DNA of 63,631 nt, filler included, from Intoshia linei (Eukaryota > Animalia > Orthonectida): the NCBI GenBank assembly GCA_001642005.1. It is 4 parts of 4 records of this genome, joined end to end, with 100 filler letters (N's around TTAATTAATTAA, not from the genome) between each part and the next. Parts side by side here need not be neighbours in the genome. Positions count along the whole stretch, not along the records: positions 29,363 to 58,466 come from LWCA01000393.1; 3 more parts are not named here. The stretch is one strand, 5' to 3'. Within the stretch, counting starts at the first letter, position 1, and each line of letters starts with the position of its first letter. The translations under genes and the position numbers were made by a program. Below are positions 31,202 through 42,000 of this stretch, in pieces. The notes beneath the pieces are model-generated. The model saw only the letters and a program-made list of their open reading frames with translations, was not told the origin of the DNA and did no database searches.

Positions 31202-32830
31202 CAGTGAAACCTCTTTATAAACAAACGCTTTTGAAATTTGAATTTGTCTATTGAATAGTTTGTTTTATGGAGTATCAAAAAAGCATGATAAGAGTAATAA
31301 AAATTAGATTATTGATGTGTAAAAATGAAATAAACAAATTATTTTAGATTGATATATTTTTAGATGTATTGTTTAAGATACAAAATTTGATTTTTAATTT
31401 TAATTAAAGTTAAAGCTATTCAATTAAATACATCTCTAAACCTTCTATATATTCTTTAACATGACTGGGTAAATTTAATTTTAAAAATAATGAAGTTTTA
31501 AATTGATCCAAATGATTTAACGATACAAATTTATCAAATACTGGGACAGTTTTAGCATCATTATTACTTCCATTAAACTTTCAATGGTATTGTTGACAAT
31601 TTCATCAACTGTTAATGTATGTCGTGTAACAATGTTATAATCCATATTTATATATTCTTCAAAACTAACATCTATCTTAATGAAATGAAATGAGAAAATT
31701 TATTCCATTGTTGTTCATTGGGTATACAACACTTTGTAGTTCAAGAAGTGTTCTGTCCACCTCTTTGAACATGCCAGCTTTAGAAAAACAATTCTTAATT
31801 GTATTAAGGTGTAACTTTCATCCATGCTCTATTTATTAGGTTTACTACAATTAATAAATTAACATCTTGAACATCATTACAATTCAATCGTAAGAAATTT
31901 TGATGACAAGTTCGTAATGATCATTTAAGTTTTCAATAATACCCATATCCATTGGTTCAACAATTTTATCTAATAAACTGTCACATAGTGGCGAAGGAAA
32001 TATACAAAAGCAAACATTAGTAAATGCGATTAAATTAACGGTAGATGAGATGGATGAGTGAAATCCAAATAGAAGTTAAAGAAGAGGAAAAAACATTTAT
32101 TTAAAAGATACAAATTAATTTAATTGTTAAAATCAGCCATAGTATATTTTCTTTACAAAGGTTCTTCAAAAGCAATAGTGTCAATAAAACATGCGGAATC
32201 AGTATCAAGAGATATAAAGCCACTTACAAATGAAAAATCCGTTTGAACACTGGCATCAACAAATTTCTTTTGCTTGTTTTACTATTATTACCGCTGTTAA
32301 ATGATCCCCATCGCAGTTAGAAAGTTAACTTCTTCAGACGCCATACTACTATCCTCATATAGATTGGTTACTTGCTTACACATTCGCTGTGCCATACTTA
32401 CAGTACGACACGTATCGCGAGTCGATATCACTGGTCGTGTCTCGAAGGTACCAAATAGAGTAGATTGGGTTTTATGTGATCTGTAATTATCTATGATAAC
32501 GTATTTTTCCTGCACTTTTTGCCTTAAAATTGGCCTAGAAACGTATATTTTGACTTCTGGCTAGATTAAAAAAGGTTAGTACCAATTGCTCAACTTTATC
32601 CTGTTTTACAGGTCTAATTATAGTAGACTTTAAAGTTATAGGAGTTAAAGAATTAGCCCTAGAAATTATTGCTTCCTTATTTTTTACAATGTATGATATA
32701 CCACTGGGGACTACACCAAATTCTTCAGCATTTTGATATTTTTTTATACCCTAAGAAATTTTTTTAAGTATAGCCATTTTTTTGAAATCCAGACATGCAT
32801 ATTTTTTTTGAGACACAACACTAAAATAAA
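31202..32830 (-). mobile_element. Tigger/pogo (CENP-B-like) transposon remnant with its central part replaced by foreign sequence
   Basis: TA|CAGTGAAACCTCTTTATAA terminus at 31202. CENP-B HTH (AEEFGVVPSGISYIVKNKEAI), Tc5-HTH (ARSQNI..SRPILRQK), DDE_1 (EPMDMGIIENL) and AWMKVT..TIKNCFSKAG are present. Confidence 0.85.
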
Positions 32831-32888
32831 TCATATATAATATTCATTCTATGAAACAATACATTTTAAATGAAAAAATTACGTAATA

Positions 32889-32910
32889 CAGTGGAATCAG
32901 CTTATAAGAG
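32889..32910. mobile_element. Isolated Tigger/pogo-like terminal repeat abutting the viral fragments
   Basis: TA|CAGTGGAATCAGCTTATAAGAG, in the same orientation and style as the terminus at 31202. Confidence 0.5.
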
Positions 32911-32934
32911 TTGTTGATTTGATTGTCTCTTTTT

Positions 32935-33212
32935 TAACCACTGGCTCTATTGGCCATCCCTTCGCCTAAAGCAATCTAGGGATTCATCACGAGGTGAATT
33001 TTGGCTAATGACCGCACAGGGTCTTGTATCGAGTCGAGCGATGTGAGAGAGTCATAAAAATATCTACCACAATAAGGTACCGGCTGTCTCTTAGGGATAT
33101 CGAATAATTTAATCGTCAGACCTAAGCATTCCGAAGTCTGCTTTGCCTAAGATAAAAAATCATCCACTCTCACATCAACTCCACAATAAAGTCCAAGCTT
33201 ATTCTGGGCATT
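32935..33212 (-). pseudogene. Endogenous viral element: nodavirus-like RdRp (protein A) fragment spanning motif C to post-motif E
   Basis: AQNKLGLYCG-VDVRVDDFLS*AKQTSECLGLTIKLFDIPKRQPVPYCGRYFYDSLTSLDSIQDPVRSLAKIHLVMNP*IALGEGMANRASG parallels Flock House virus protein A as I recall it (CGDDG...AAKCFGLELK...FLSRVFVDP...TIQDPLRTLRKLHL...IPLADAACDRVEG). Confidence 0.78.
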
Positions 33213-34975
33213 TGTTTAAGAATATCTATGACATTAGAACATCATTTCTAATGACAATGAATTAAAGAATGACATTCCCAGGTTAACTCCTAAAGCTACT
33301 GACAAAATTTGATGATTAAAATCGTATAAAGATCTTTGAATTAGATAGAACTGTTTCGGAACCCTAATCGGATTTTTGGATGCGTCTACAAATCAATATT
33401 GAGATCGGTACATTTTAGGAAAAGATGGATAAATGTTGTTGCATGTTAATTTGATATCTTCTATGGGTCTGATGCACTTATGACATTTTATGTGACTATG
33501 CAATAAATACTCGATATTTTGATTAGTGTTAATCAATTCTATAATTATGCTTTGACAGAACAACATAGAAGCTTGGTACATAAAGTCGAAATTATCTGTT
33601 TCATATTCAGGGAATTTTAAATTATCGCAGGATACGGATATGAGAAGTATAAGAATGTGCAGTAATTATGCGACATAGAACAGAATCCACCGTTACTGTA
33701 TCTGTTCGAATAAAATCTATGGAGTGCGGATCCGGTCCGGAGTGGCGGGTTTTTGTTTAAAGTGGTTATATTTATATTCGTTAATGATTGTATGTTGTTA
33801 ATGAGTGTAGTATGAAGGTTGGTATTAGGATCGATGAACTAGTTTATGCTCTATAACAGTTTAAGACTTTTACTTAGTAAATCATAATCTGATGTTCTCT
33901 CCCATTTTTAGCATATAGGATTGATCAATATCTAACTGTGAGCATTCTTGCAGTGGTGTAAGTAATTAAAACATTTCATATGGATGGGGAACGGTTATAC
34001 CTAATAAAGGTTTTCCCCAGGATTGAGTTCTTAATTGATCTGCGTAAGATGATGAACATTCCCACATGTTGAGAATTTTTCCTTTATCAAATTCAATACT
34101 TTTTATTATAATAGCTTTCTGTCTTTAACAATCTTAGATAAACTGTTGCTGAAAACTTTCTTGAAAAAGCTTATCTAATAGTTTTAGCATTCTGTATCGT
34201 GCTATTATTAAATGGCATCTGTATAGCAATAGAGTGTTGATCCGAAGAAGCTAGAAAGGCTTTATGCTATAAAGATAATTTAAGAACGAATCAACCGATC
34301 TATGTGTCATTTCTATACTGTCTTTAATCAAAATATTTTTAATCGTTGCAGTCCTATTTATAATTTATTTTTACAGACTCTTTAATAATACTAGATACTG
34401 AAGCGGGATTTATTAAATTTAAGGATCCAGGATTTTCTATCAATTTGGCTATATAGGCTGGTTCGAATTCACGAATATTAAAACGTAGAGATTCAAATAC
34501 TAATTTGTTGAAGTAAGGGTTATTTGAATTAATCATAGATTCCTTTCCAGAATGATAAGGATTCTGTAAGTCCGTCAGGAAATTGCCTTATCAAGAATCT
34601 TGTAAGTGTCATACCACCTATCCCTCCGATTCCGGGATCGACAAATACAATTCTCATCCAGAGCTTGTTTTCTTTCATTGATTTTGGATAAGCATTCCAG
34701 TTCTTTAAATGAATTAAGCTTGGTCCCATAAGTGATGGGTTATAAAACATTATCTGTCTTAAGGATGAGCTTACACAAAGCAAATACAAATCGATAGATT
34801 TACTGTAGGAAGATGAATGTTGAGCAATTGTCAAAGCAGTTGCTCCTATAGAGCATAACATAAAGCATAAAGTCAATTAATAATTGAATCCAATCTTGTG
34901 GATCGCAAGTTTATTTTACGTCATCGTAAATTAAGGGTTTCAACTTTGTATTGAATTCCATTGAATATTATATTA
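33213..34975 (-). pseudogene. Endogenous viral element: rhabdovirus-like L protein fragment (RdRp C-terminal part, PRNTase/capping domain, start of connector)
   Basis: Collinear motifs: IIFNGIQYKVET, SIGATALTIAQH, DPGIGGIGGMTLTRFLIRQFPDGLTESLSFWK, KLIENPGSLNL, QNAKTIR, MWECSSSYADQLRTQSWGKPLLGITVPHPYEM, WERTS, RTGSALHRFYSNRYSNGGF (HR motif at 33716-33721), NFDFMYQASMLFCQ and HIKCHKCIRPIEDIKL. Stops, frameshifts and deletions are present. Confidence 0.93.
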
Positions 34976-34998
34976 TGTAGATTAACTTTAAAATCTAG

Positions 34999-35460
34999 GT
35001 TACAGAGAAAGATCGACCGGAAACAACTGAAACAACTGGATCCGAATCAAGTGGTAGTGACTCTGTATGTTTTTGCTAAAAATTTTTTAATCCTTTATTA
35101 TTATTACATAAATGACTCGAATTATTTATTTACTTAGAACGACGACGCTTTAATTGAAGTTCGTAACCCTAATCACACAAAATCGTCATTAGACCAATGT
35201 AAGGACATTGGATTGACTCGTAAAGATCGGTAATATACATGGTTGTTGTTTACAGTGTGAATAATAGAATTAAGCAAGAAAAACGAGAAAATTACATGAA
35301 AAAACACTTAGAAGGAAAAACTCCTGAAGCGCAATCAGATATGGCTCGTCTTGAAAAAATTCGCAGTGAACGTGAAATGGCAGCTAATAAACGAAAGATT
35401 TATGAAGGTACAAAATTTATTTTTCTGTTTATAAATATTTTAGATTCAAAAAAGAAATAA
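34999..35460 (+). CDS. PDAP1: 28 kDa heat- and acid-stable phosphoprotein (PDGFA-associated protein 1); 5' exon not located
   Basis: Exons 34999-35064, 35138-35229, ~35268-35408 and 35443-35460 splice in frame: ...GSESSGSDS NDDALIEVRNPN...LTRKDR...YMKKHLEGKTPEAQSDMARLEKIRSEREMAANKRK. Confidence 0.82.
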
Positions 35461-35478
35461 TTGTAAAATTTAATAAAA

Positions 35479-36483
35479 TTACAGCATTTTGGATAATTCC
35501 GGTATAACTTTAAACAAATCCAGGTTAAGTCCAATATCTGCAATTTGAAAAATTGGTGCATCAGGATCAGTGTTTATGGCCACAATGCATTTACTATCCT
35601 TCATACCGGCTAAATGCTGAATTGCGCCAGAGATTCCTACTGCAATGTATAAATCGGGGGCCACAATTTTTCCAGTCTGACCAATTTGTAAATCATTTGA
35701 CACGTAACCTGCATCAACGGCAGCTCTAGAGGCTCCTACCGCTGCTTTTAATTTATCTGCCAATTCATAAAGTATTTTAAAGTTTTTACCACTCTTTAAT
35801 CCTCGTCCACCCGATATAACTATGCTTGCATTGGATAGTTCTGGTCGATCGGATTTTGTCAAGGTTTTTGATATAAATTCTGACCTCGAATCGTGACATT
35901 TTGTGTCCAATTTAAGGTTGATTGTTTCCATTTCGGCGCAATCTTTTGAACCAATTTTAACTGGATCAAATTTTGTTGAGCGTATACTTATTATGTTGAA
36001 ATCACTGGTTGATTTAACATTTTCTATTGCATTACCAGCGTATATTGGTCTATGGTAAATATTTTTTTCTATTTTTAATACGTCCGTAATGGGTGAAACG
36101 TTGAGTTTGCCTGCTAATCTAGGGATAAAACCTTTTGAAAAACTTGAAGAGGATGCAATAATGTTGTTGTATTTCCCTTTTTTTACTAAATCTACGATTG
36201 CATTGGTAAACACTTCTGCTCTGAATCCATTCAATTCTTTATCATCAATAATATTTAGTTTTTCAATTTCTTTTATTTTTTTCAGTTGATTTGTCACTAA
36301 ATCACATTTAAATCCACCTAAAAAGCATTCTACTCTTCCTAAGGATTTTGCTGCACTAATGGTGTTCAGTGTACATGGCGCTATATTAATATTGTCATGT
36401 TCCGCAATTAGTAGACTAGAGATTGAACGGAGTTTACATACATGTTTAAGTTTCGGTTTCAACTTTAAACAGAGATTTAACAT
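35479..36483 (-). CDS. ETFA: Electron transfer flavoprotein subunit alpha, mitochondrial
   Basis: Intact 334-aa ORF with a basic presequence, RPIYAGNA, DRPELSNASIVISGGRGLKSG, AAVGASRAAVDAG and QIGQTGKIVAPDLYIAVGISGAIQHLAGMKDSK. Confidence 0.97.
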   Translation of the reverse strand: MLNLCLKLKPKLKHVCKLRSISSLLIAEHDNINIAPCTLNTISAAKSLGRVECFLGGFKCDLVTNQLKKIKEIEKLNIIDDKELNGFRAEVFTNAIVDLVKKGKYNNIIASSSSFSKGFIPRLAGKLNVSPITDVLKIEKNIYHRPIYAGNAIENVKSTSDFNIISIRSTKFDPVKIGSKDCAEMETINLKLDTKCHDSRSEFISKTLTKSDRPELSNASIVISGGRGLKSGKNFKILYELADKLKAAVGASRAAVDAGYVSNDLQIGQTGKIVAPDLYIAVGISGAIQHLAGMKDSKCIVAINTDPDAPIFQIADIGLNLDLFKVIPELSKML

Positions 36484-37626
36484 TAATTTTTATTTGTAAA
36501 TAGATTTTTACCATAACATTTGTTGCCATTTCAATTTTAGTTGAAACTGGAATATTATCAATTTTTCTTTATAGTTTTTATTGATATAGTAATGATTAGG
36601 TAATTAATTTTTCCATGTTATCTAGTACAAATTTTTTTAATAACAAATGAGCCAGTTGACTATCATACTACAGTATACGATCTGAAAGTTTAAATTAAGT
36701 TCTGACTGCATTGGTCAATTTTGTAATAATGAATAAAGTATTACCTACACAAATAAAAATACAAATTGTATGTAATATTTTTAATTGAAATGTACAATTT
36801 TACAATCAATTTTTTTCATCTGGTGTCATGTACAATGAAACTCTTGAGATTGCTAAAATATTAAGATTATTTAAAAAAATGCCAATTTTTTATTTTTGAC
36901 AAAATCTCACTATATCCATCCTCGTTAATATTAAAATTTTTTATATTTTTCGATGAATTTAGACAAAATTACGATACCATTACACAATGTAATTTTTTTA
37001 AATTAATTAAAAATTAAATTTTTTATATGTAAATTATGACAGCTAATTCAAAACTTTATCTACCCAACCCTTCCCGTGAGTATAGGAATATTCTCTCTTT
37101 ATACTTGTAAAAATATATATAACGTGTATTATAATATTTCTTTTAATACCGCGTGATTTATTCAAATTTTTAGGATCAAGTATACTATTTTGTCTGACTG
37201 GCTGACTCTAAAATTGAAATAAATATACAAATTTGACATGAAATAATCAACTAAATTACCGTTTTGTTATCGGTAAATTGAATCGGAAATTCATCATTAA
37301 TATTTACACGGGAGCACAAGTTTCTATAATAATTTTAAGTGTTTATTTTATATATGGTAGGACTTACACTGTCGCATAATATTAATTTATTTAAATCTAA
37401 ATTACCCCGCATTGACTAATTTTTTTTTATCTAAATTCATGTAAATTATTATTACATATGCAAAATTATGTTACCTTTATTACTGTCATTGCTCGTTAGA
37501 CTTGTTTTTTTCCTAACTTTAAAATTATCCGTATTTTTCAATATTCCATTTAAAACCAATTCTATAATATTATATTATATTCTAAAATATTCAATTGGTT
37601 GTCATTTGACTTACAAAAAATAAATA

Positions 37627-38350
37627 TCCTTATTTGTATAATATGCTATGTAATAATTGTGTGTTACCATTTATTTCAATAACTACCTTTCTTAGAATTT
37701 TATAAAGTCCACATTTTAATTACAGTTTTTTCCGAGGGTGTTAGCAAAATAAATTTCAACCTCCCAAACTCACATCGTACGGGTCAAAAAGCCCAATTGT
37801 TATTTTTTTGAAGATCAAACGAGTTGGAGAATTTAAAATAGAATATATACTCTGATACAGATTTTAAAATCATAAACATTATCATAAATTTAAATTAAAA
37901 AAAATATATATCTTCAGGGCCAAAACCACAAATTACTCTTTTTTTAATAAAACGAATATGATAATTTAATAACGAAGTGAATAAGTGACACCTTCACTGT
38001 CAAAAAAGCATTTTAGTATTTATTTTTTTTAATTCGAAACTATTTTATTAACAAAAAATTTGAAACTATACACACAGTCTAATCAATTAAAAAAATCGGT
38101 TTTAAAATTCTTTACGCAAATGTTAACAACAAAATTAAGATGGAATAATTCACTTTAAAGTAAAAAGTAATGTGATATGGAGATTCCATCTGAAACAAGT
38201 TTGGAAACCACTCCTTTAAAGAAATGATAATAGTGAATAGTAGGATTTTTAAGTTAGATTTTCAACGTGAATTTATTTTTTGGTAGAATTAAAATGTTTC
38301 CTCGGCAGAGCTAGGTGCTGTTTGTACGTAGTACATAGCAGTTAACCTAG
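37627..38350 (+). mobile_element. Non-autonomous Helitron-like element
   Basis: 5' A|TC start, subterminal hairpin CTGTTTGTAC-GTA-GTACATAGCAG and a CTAG 3' end. No TIR or TSD. Multicopy in this window. Confidence 0.6.
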
Positions 38351-39019
38351 AGAAATATAAAATTGTATGTTACCGTTTAATTCAAAAATTTAGCGTATTA
38401 CTAAATAAAAAACTCAATGTCTAATATAATTTATCGAAGGTGAAGTTTAATCAAACTTCATTCTCAGAAATTGAGACCTTGGTGTCAAAAATTTAAATTA
38501 TCTTTTTTTGACTGAGAGTCTTAAAATTTAATAAACATAAATTCTGAGACAGTCTATATATAATTTTTAATCTGCAAAATTATATGCTTTACAATGAAAA
38601 GTTTACATGTAAATTGTACAATACATTTAATAGTTACAATGAAATTTTTTTCGTAGAAACTTAAATTTCGTCACGAGGATGAGGGCCTGGTATATACGTT
38701 ATATGGGATGTTCAGATAAAATGTGTATACTATACAATCAAGTTTAGTTAAATTTACATTTTTATAGGGGAATATTCAAAATAAAATGTATAAGAAAAAA
38801 TTTTTAAAGGTTATCTTACTAATATTTTTAGGATTAAAGCGATTTTTTTTGAAAAGTGAGTGGTCCATGGTGGAACAAGTTTACGAACCCTTCCCATAAG
38901 ACTTATGGCGTAAGTGATACTATATTTGCAAAAAAATATATTTGGTTTATAATTTGGTCCAAATAAAAAAAAATTGACTGCACTCGTTTTACTTCCTTCA
39001 TACATTAGGTCTAATTATT

Positions 39020-42000
39020 AGCTAAATATTTTCGATATAAACTTACGATTGCAATCCAATTGTGAATTTTTATAAATTGAAGTGACAATGTTCTTGTAAT
39101 AATCGTCTTTAGATATTTGTGGTAGGACTCTTCGACTGATATCTTTGAAATTTATTAAATTGATAATGTTTAAAGTCTGTGGGTTCCGTCAAATGTGAAT
39201 ATTTCATTTTTTTTAATAATACTTTTTTGTCTCACATTTATCCTTACTTATATTATTTATTTAAAGTTATTTTTTTTTAAAAATATGTCTCTGCGTCTAC
39301 CATTTTATTTAGAAAATAGAATCTAATATAATTTTCAACAACAAAATACTAATCCGTTTTAGGGGAATTTCCAACCCTTTTTTATATGTATTATTATATA
39401 TATTACATGACCCCTTTTTTATAAAAAATGAAATGAATCTTTGAATTTTAAAAAAACACATATTCTGATACTGTTTTTAAAATGATGAGCATTATAATAA
39501 ATTTCAATCTCAAAAACATTTTCTATGATAAGAATTAAAATGGAATGCTAGATGAAAATTTTTGAAGGCCGTATTATGTTTACCCTGATCTACAAGCTTT
39601 TACAATGTAATCATTGCAAAGAATAAACAAAAACTAAAATTACCAATAACTTTTGAATGCTTATCATTTTGTTTTGAATTTTTTTCAATTGTTAGAGTGA
39701 TACAACTATTTGACTGTAGATATTTTTCATTTTCTACATTTTTTATACAAATTACATTATTTTGTAATTCAATTTCAGTATTTTTCATTTTTTTTATATT
39801 TAAAATAATAGAACCAATTATAATATTAATAGTTTTATGTTTATATATTTTGATTTTTTACAAACATGAAAAACGCTGATTTTTAATAATTAATAATTAT
39901 GAAAGTTACTGTTCATTGGGGTAAAATTATTTTGTTCATCATTTTGTGACTCGTTATTGAATAATAAAGGCTTAACGGTAGGTGTATCATTTGGCTAATT
40001 AAGTTTTATAAATATAAATAATACAATCATGTATTTAAATGTAATTACCTGTCTTACTAATAGTTTTTTAGGCTTGATTTGGTTAATGTTAAAATTTAAT
40101 ATTAAATGACAATTCTTATTGACTTCCGGTTTATTATGTTGATTAGAGTATATAGTTGGTCTATTTATTACCTCAGTTTCAAATCCATTTTTATCTAATT
40201 ATCAATTAAATATAATAAATGTTATAATTTCTGGTTTGGATAAGTTACTGAAGATTTATAAACATTGTACTACAGATAATCTAAACTCGATAAAATTTGA
40301 TTTTTTTAGATTTATTTACTTGGATTTGGTTTAAATTTTCGAGGTGTACAAGGTTCAAGTTGAGAATATTGTAATACATTTGAATCTAAAATAAGATATC
40401 AAATTAAAAAAACTACTGTGTTTATCAAATTACATATATATGTTAATACATGTATTTATGATAATAAAAAATCAAACATTGCATATTAATTACAATAATT
40501 ATAATCAATAATAACAACGTCGTATTAATTAAGGTTCAATAAAACATGAATGAATCATCAAGTAAATATAAATTATTAAATACTAGTTTGATTATTGTTA
40601 TAAGAATATCGGTATTTCACTGAAACGGATGTACTACGTACATCAGTAGGTATGAGTTCTTCTTTATTTATAATTTTATTATATTCAACGTTTTCATTCA
40701 TTTTATTTTTCTTTTTATTCTATATATAAAATTCAAATAATTATATTACGTTTGAAATGTAAAATTTTTATTTATATTTTAGTTTAATTTTGGGTTTTAG
40801 AAATTTTTTTGAACCAAACTTTTAAAAGAGGGGTTTTTAAGATTTTTTTTGAACCTAAAACTAAGGTGAAGTTTTTAAGATATTTTTAACCAAATTGTAA
40901 AGTTGTCTTTTAGTTTGGTAATATGTGTTTGTATATATATAAATAAAATGTAGTATATTGCAGGTGTTGTCACTGATTATATAATCATTACTCCTAATAC
41001 TATAAAAATTATATTCATGTGTGTGTTACCGTTTATTTAAAAAAATATCAGTCCTAGAATTAAAAAAACCAATGTCTAATATACTTTTTCAACAGTGATA
41101 CTGTATAGCAAATATCATTTTCGGAAATTGAGTCCTTTTGTGTAAATGAACGAATTTTCTCTATTTTTTTGGATAAAATAAGTCCTAAAATTTAAAAAAT
41201 CATAGAGTCTGGAACGCCCTTTAACGCCATTAACATTGTAAATATCAACCAAAGAAACGTAAATCTTCATGTTCAAACCATGCATTAATTCCTTTTTTTA
41301 AATGAAAAAAGTACTAAAATTAAAAACAAAATGACGTCTCATACAAATATATCCAATAAAAAAGTATAAAAAATTGACGTCTGCACGGTCAAGGATTTAG
41401 GATATAATCCTTTATAACGTAAACCAAAAACATAAAATTTTAAATGTACCAATATATATTTTTTTCGTTCATTGTTTTTGGTCAATTTTTTCTATAAAAT
41501 AAAAATAATCAATTTATCAATAAAATTACATCACGTTCCAAATCTTGATTCATGTAAGATTTTTTTAAATTTTTATAAAATGCATTTCTTATTTTGATAG
41601 ATTTTAATTTTTTAGGTTTTTTTGTTTTAATCTAAATTTTAACATAGAAATTGCAATTATCAAATTATATAAGTAAGGTTATTATTATAATATGCTTTAT
41701 ATGTCTGTGTGTGTTATCGTTTATTTTAATAACTAGCAGTCTTGGAATTTTATAAAGTCCACATTTCAATTACAGATTTTCGGGTGTTAGCAAAATAAAT
41801 TTCAACCTCCCAAACTCATATCTTATAGGTCAAAAAGCCCAATTGTCCTTTTTTTTGAAAATCAAACGAATTCGAGAATGAAAAAAATATATACTCTGAT
41901 ACGGATTTTAAAATCATAAACATTATCATAAATTTAAATTTAAAAAAAATATATCTTCAGGGCCAAAATCGCAAATAACCCTTTTTTTAATGAAAACAGC

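Noticed and set aside
29363-34975. Contaminating intact virus genome or a single recombinant virus
   Set aside because: The fragments come from unrelated virus groups, carry stops and frameshifts, interleave with host-type transposons, and are contiguous with PDAP1/ETFA on the right.
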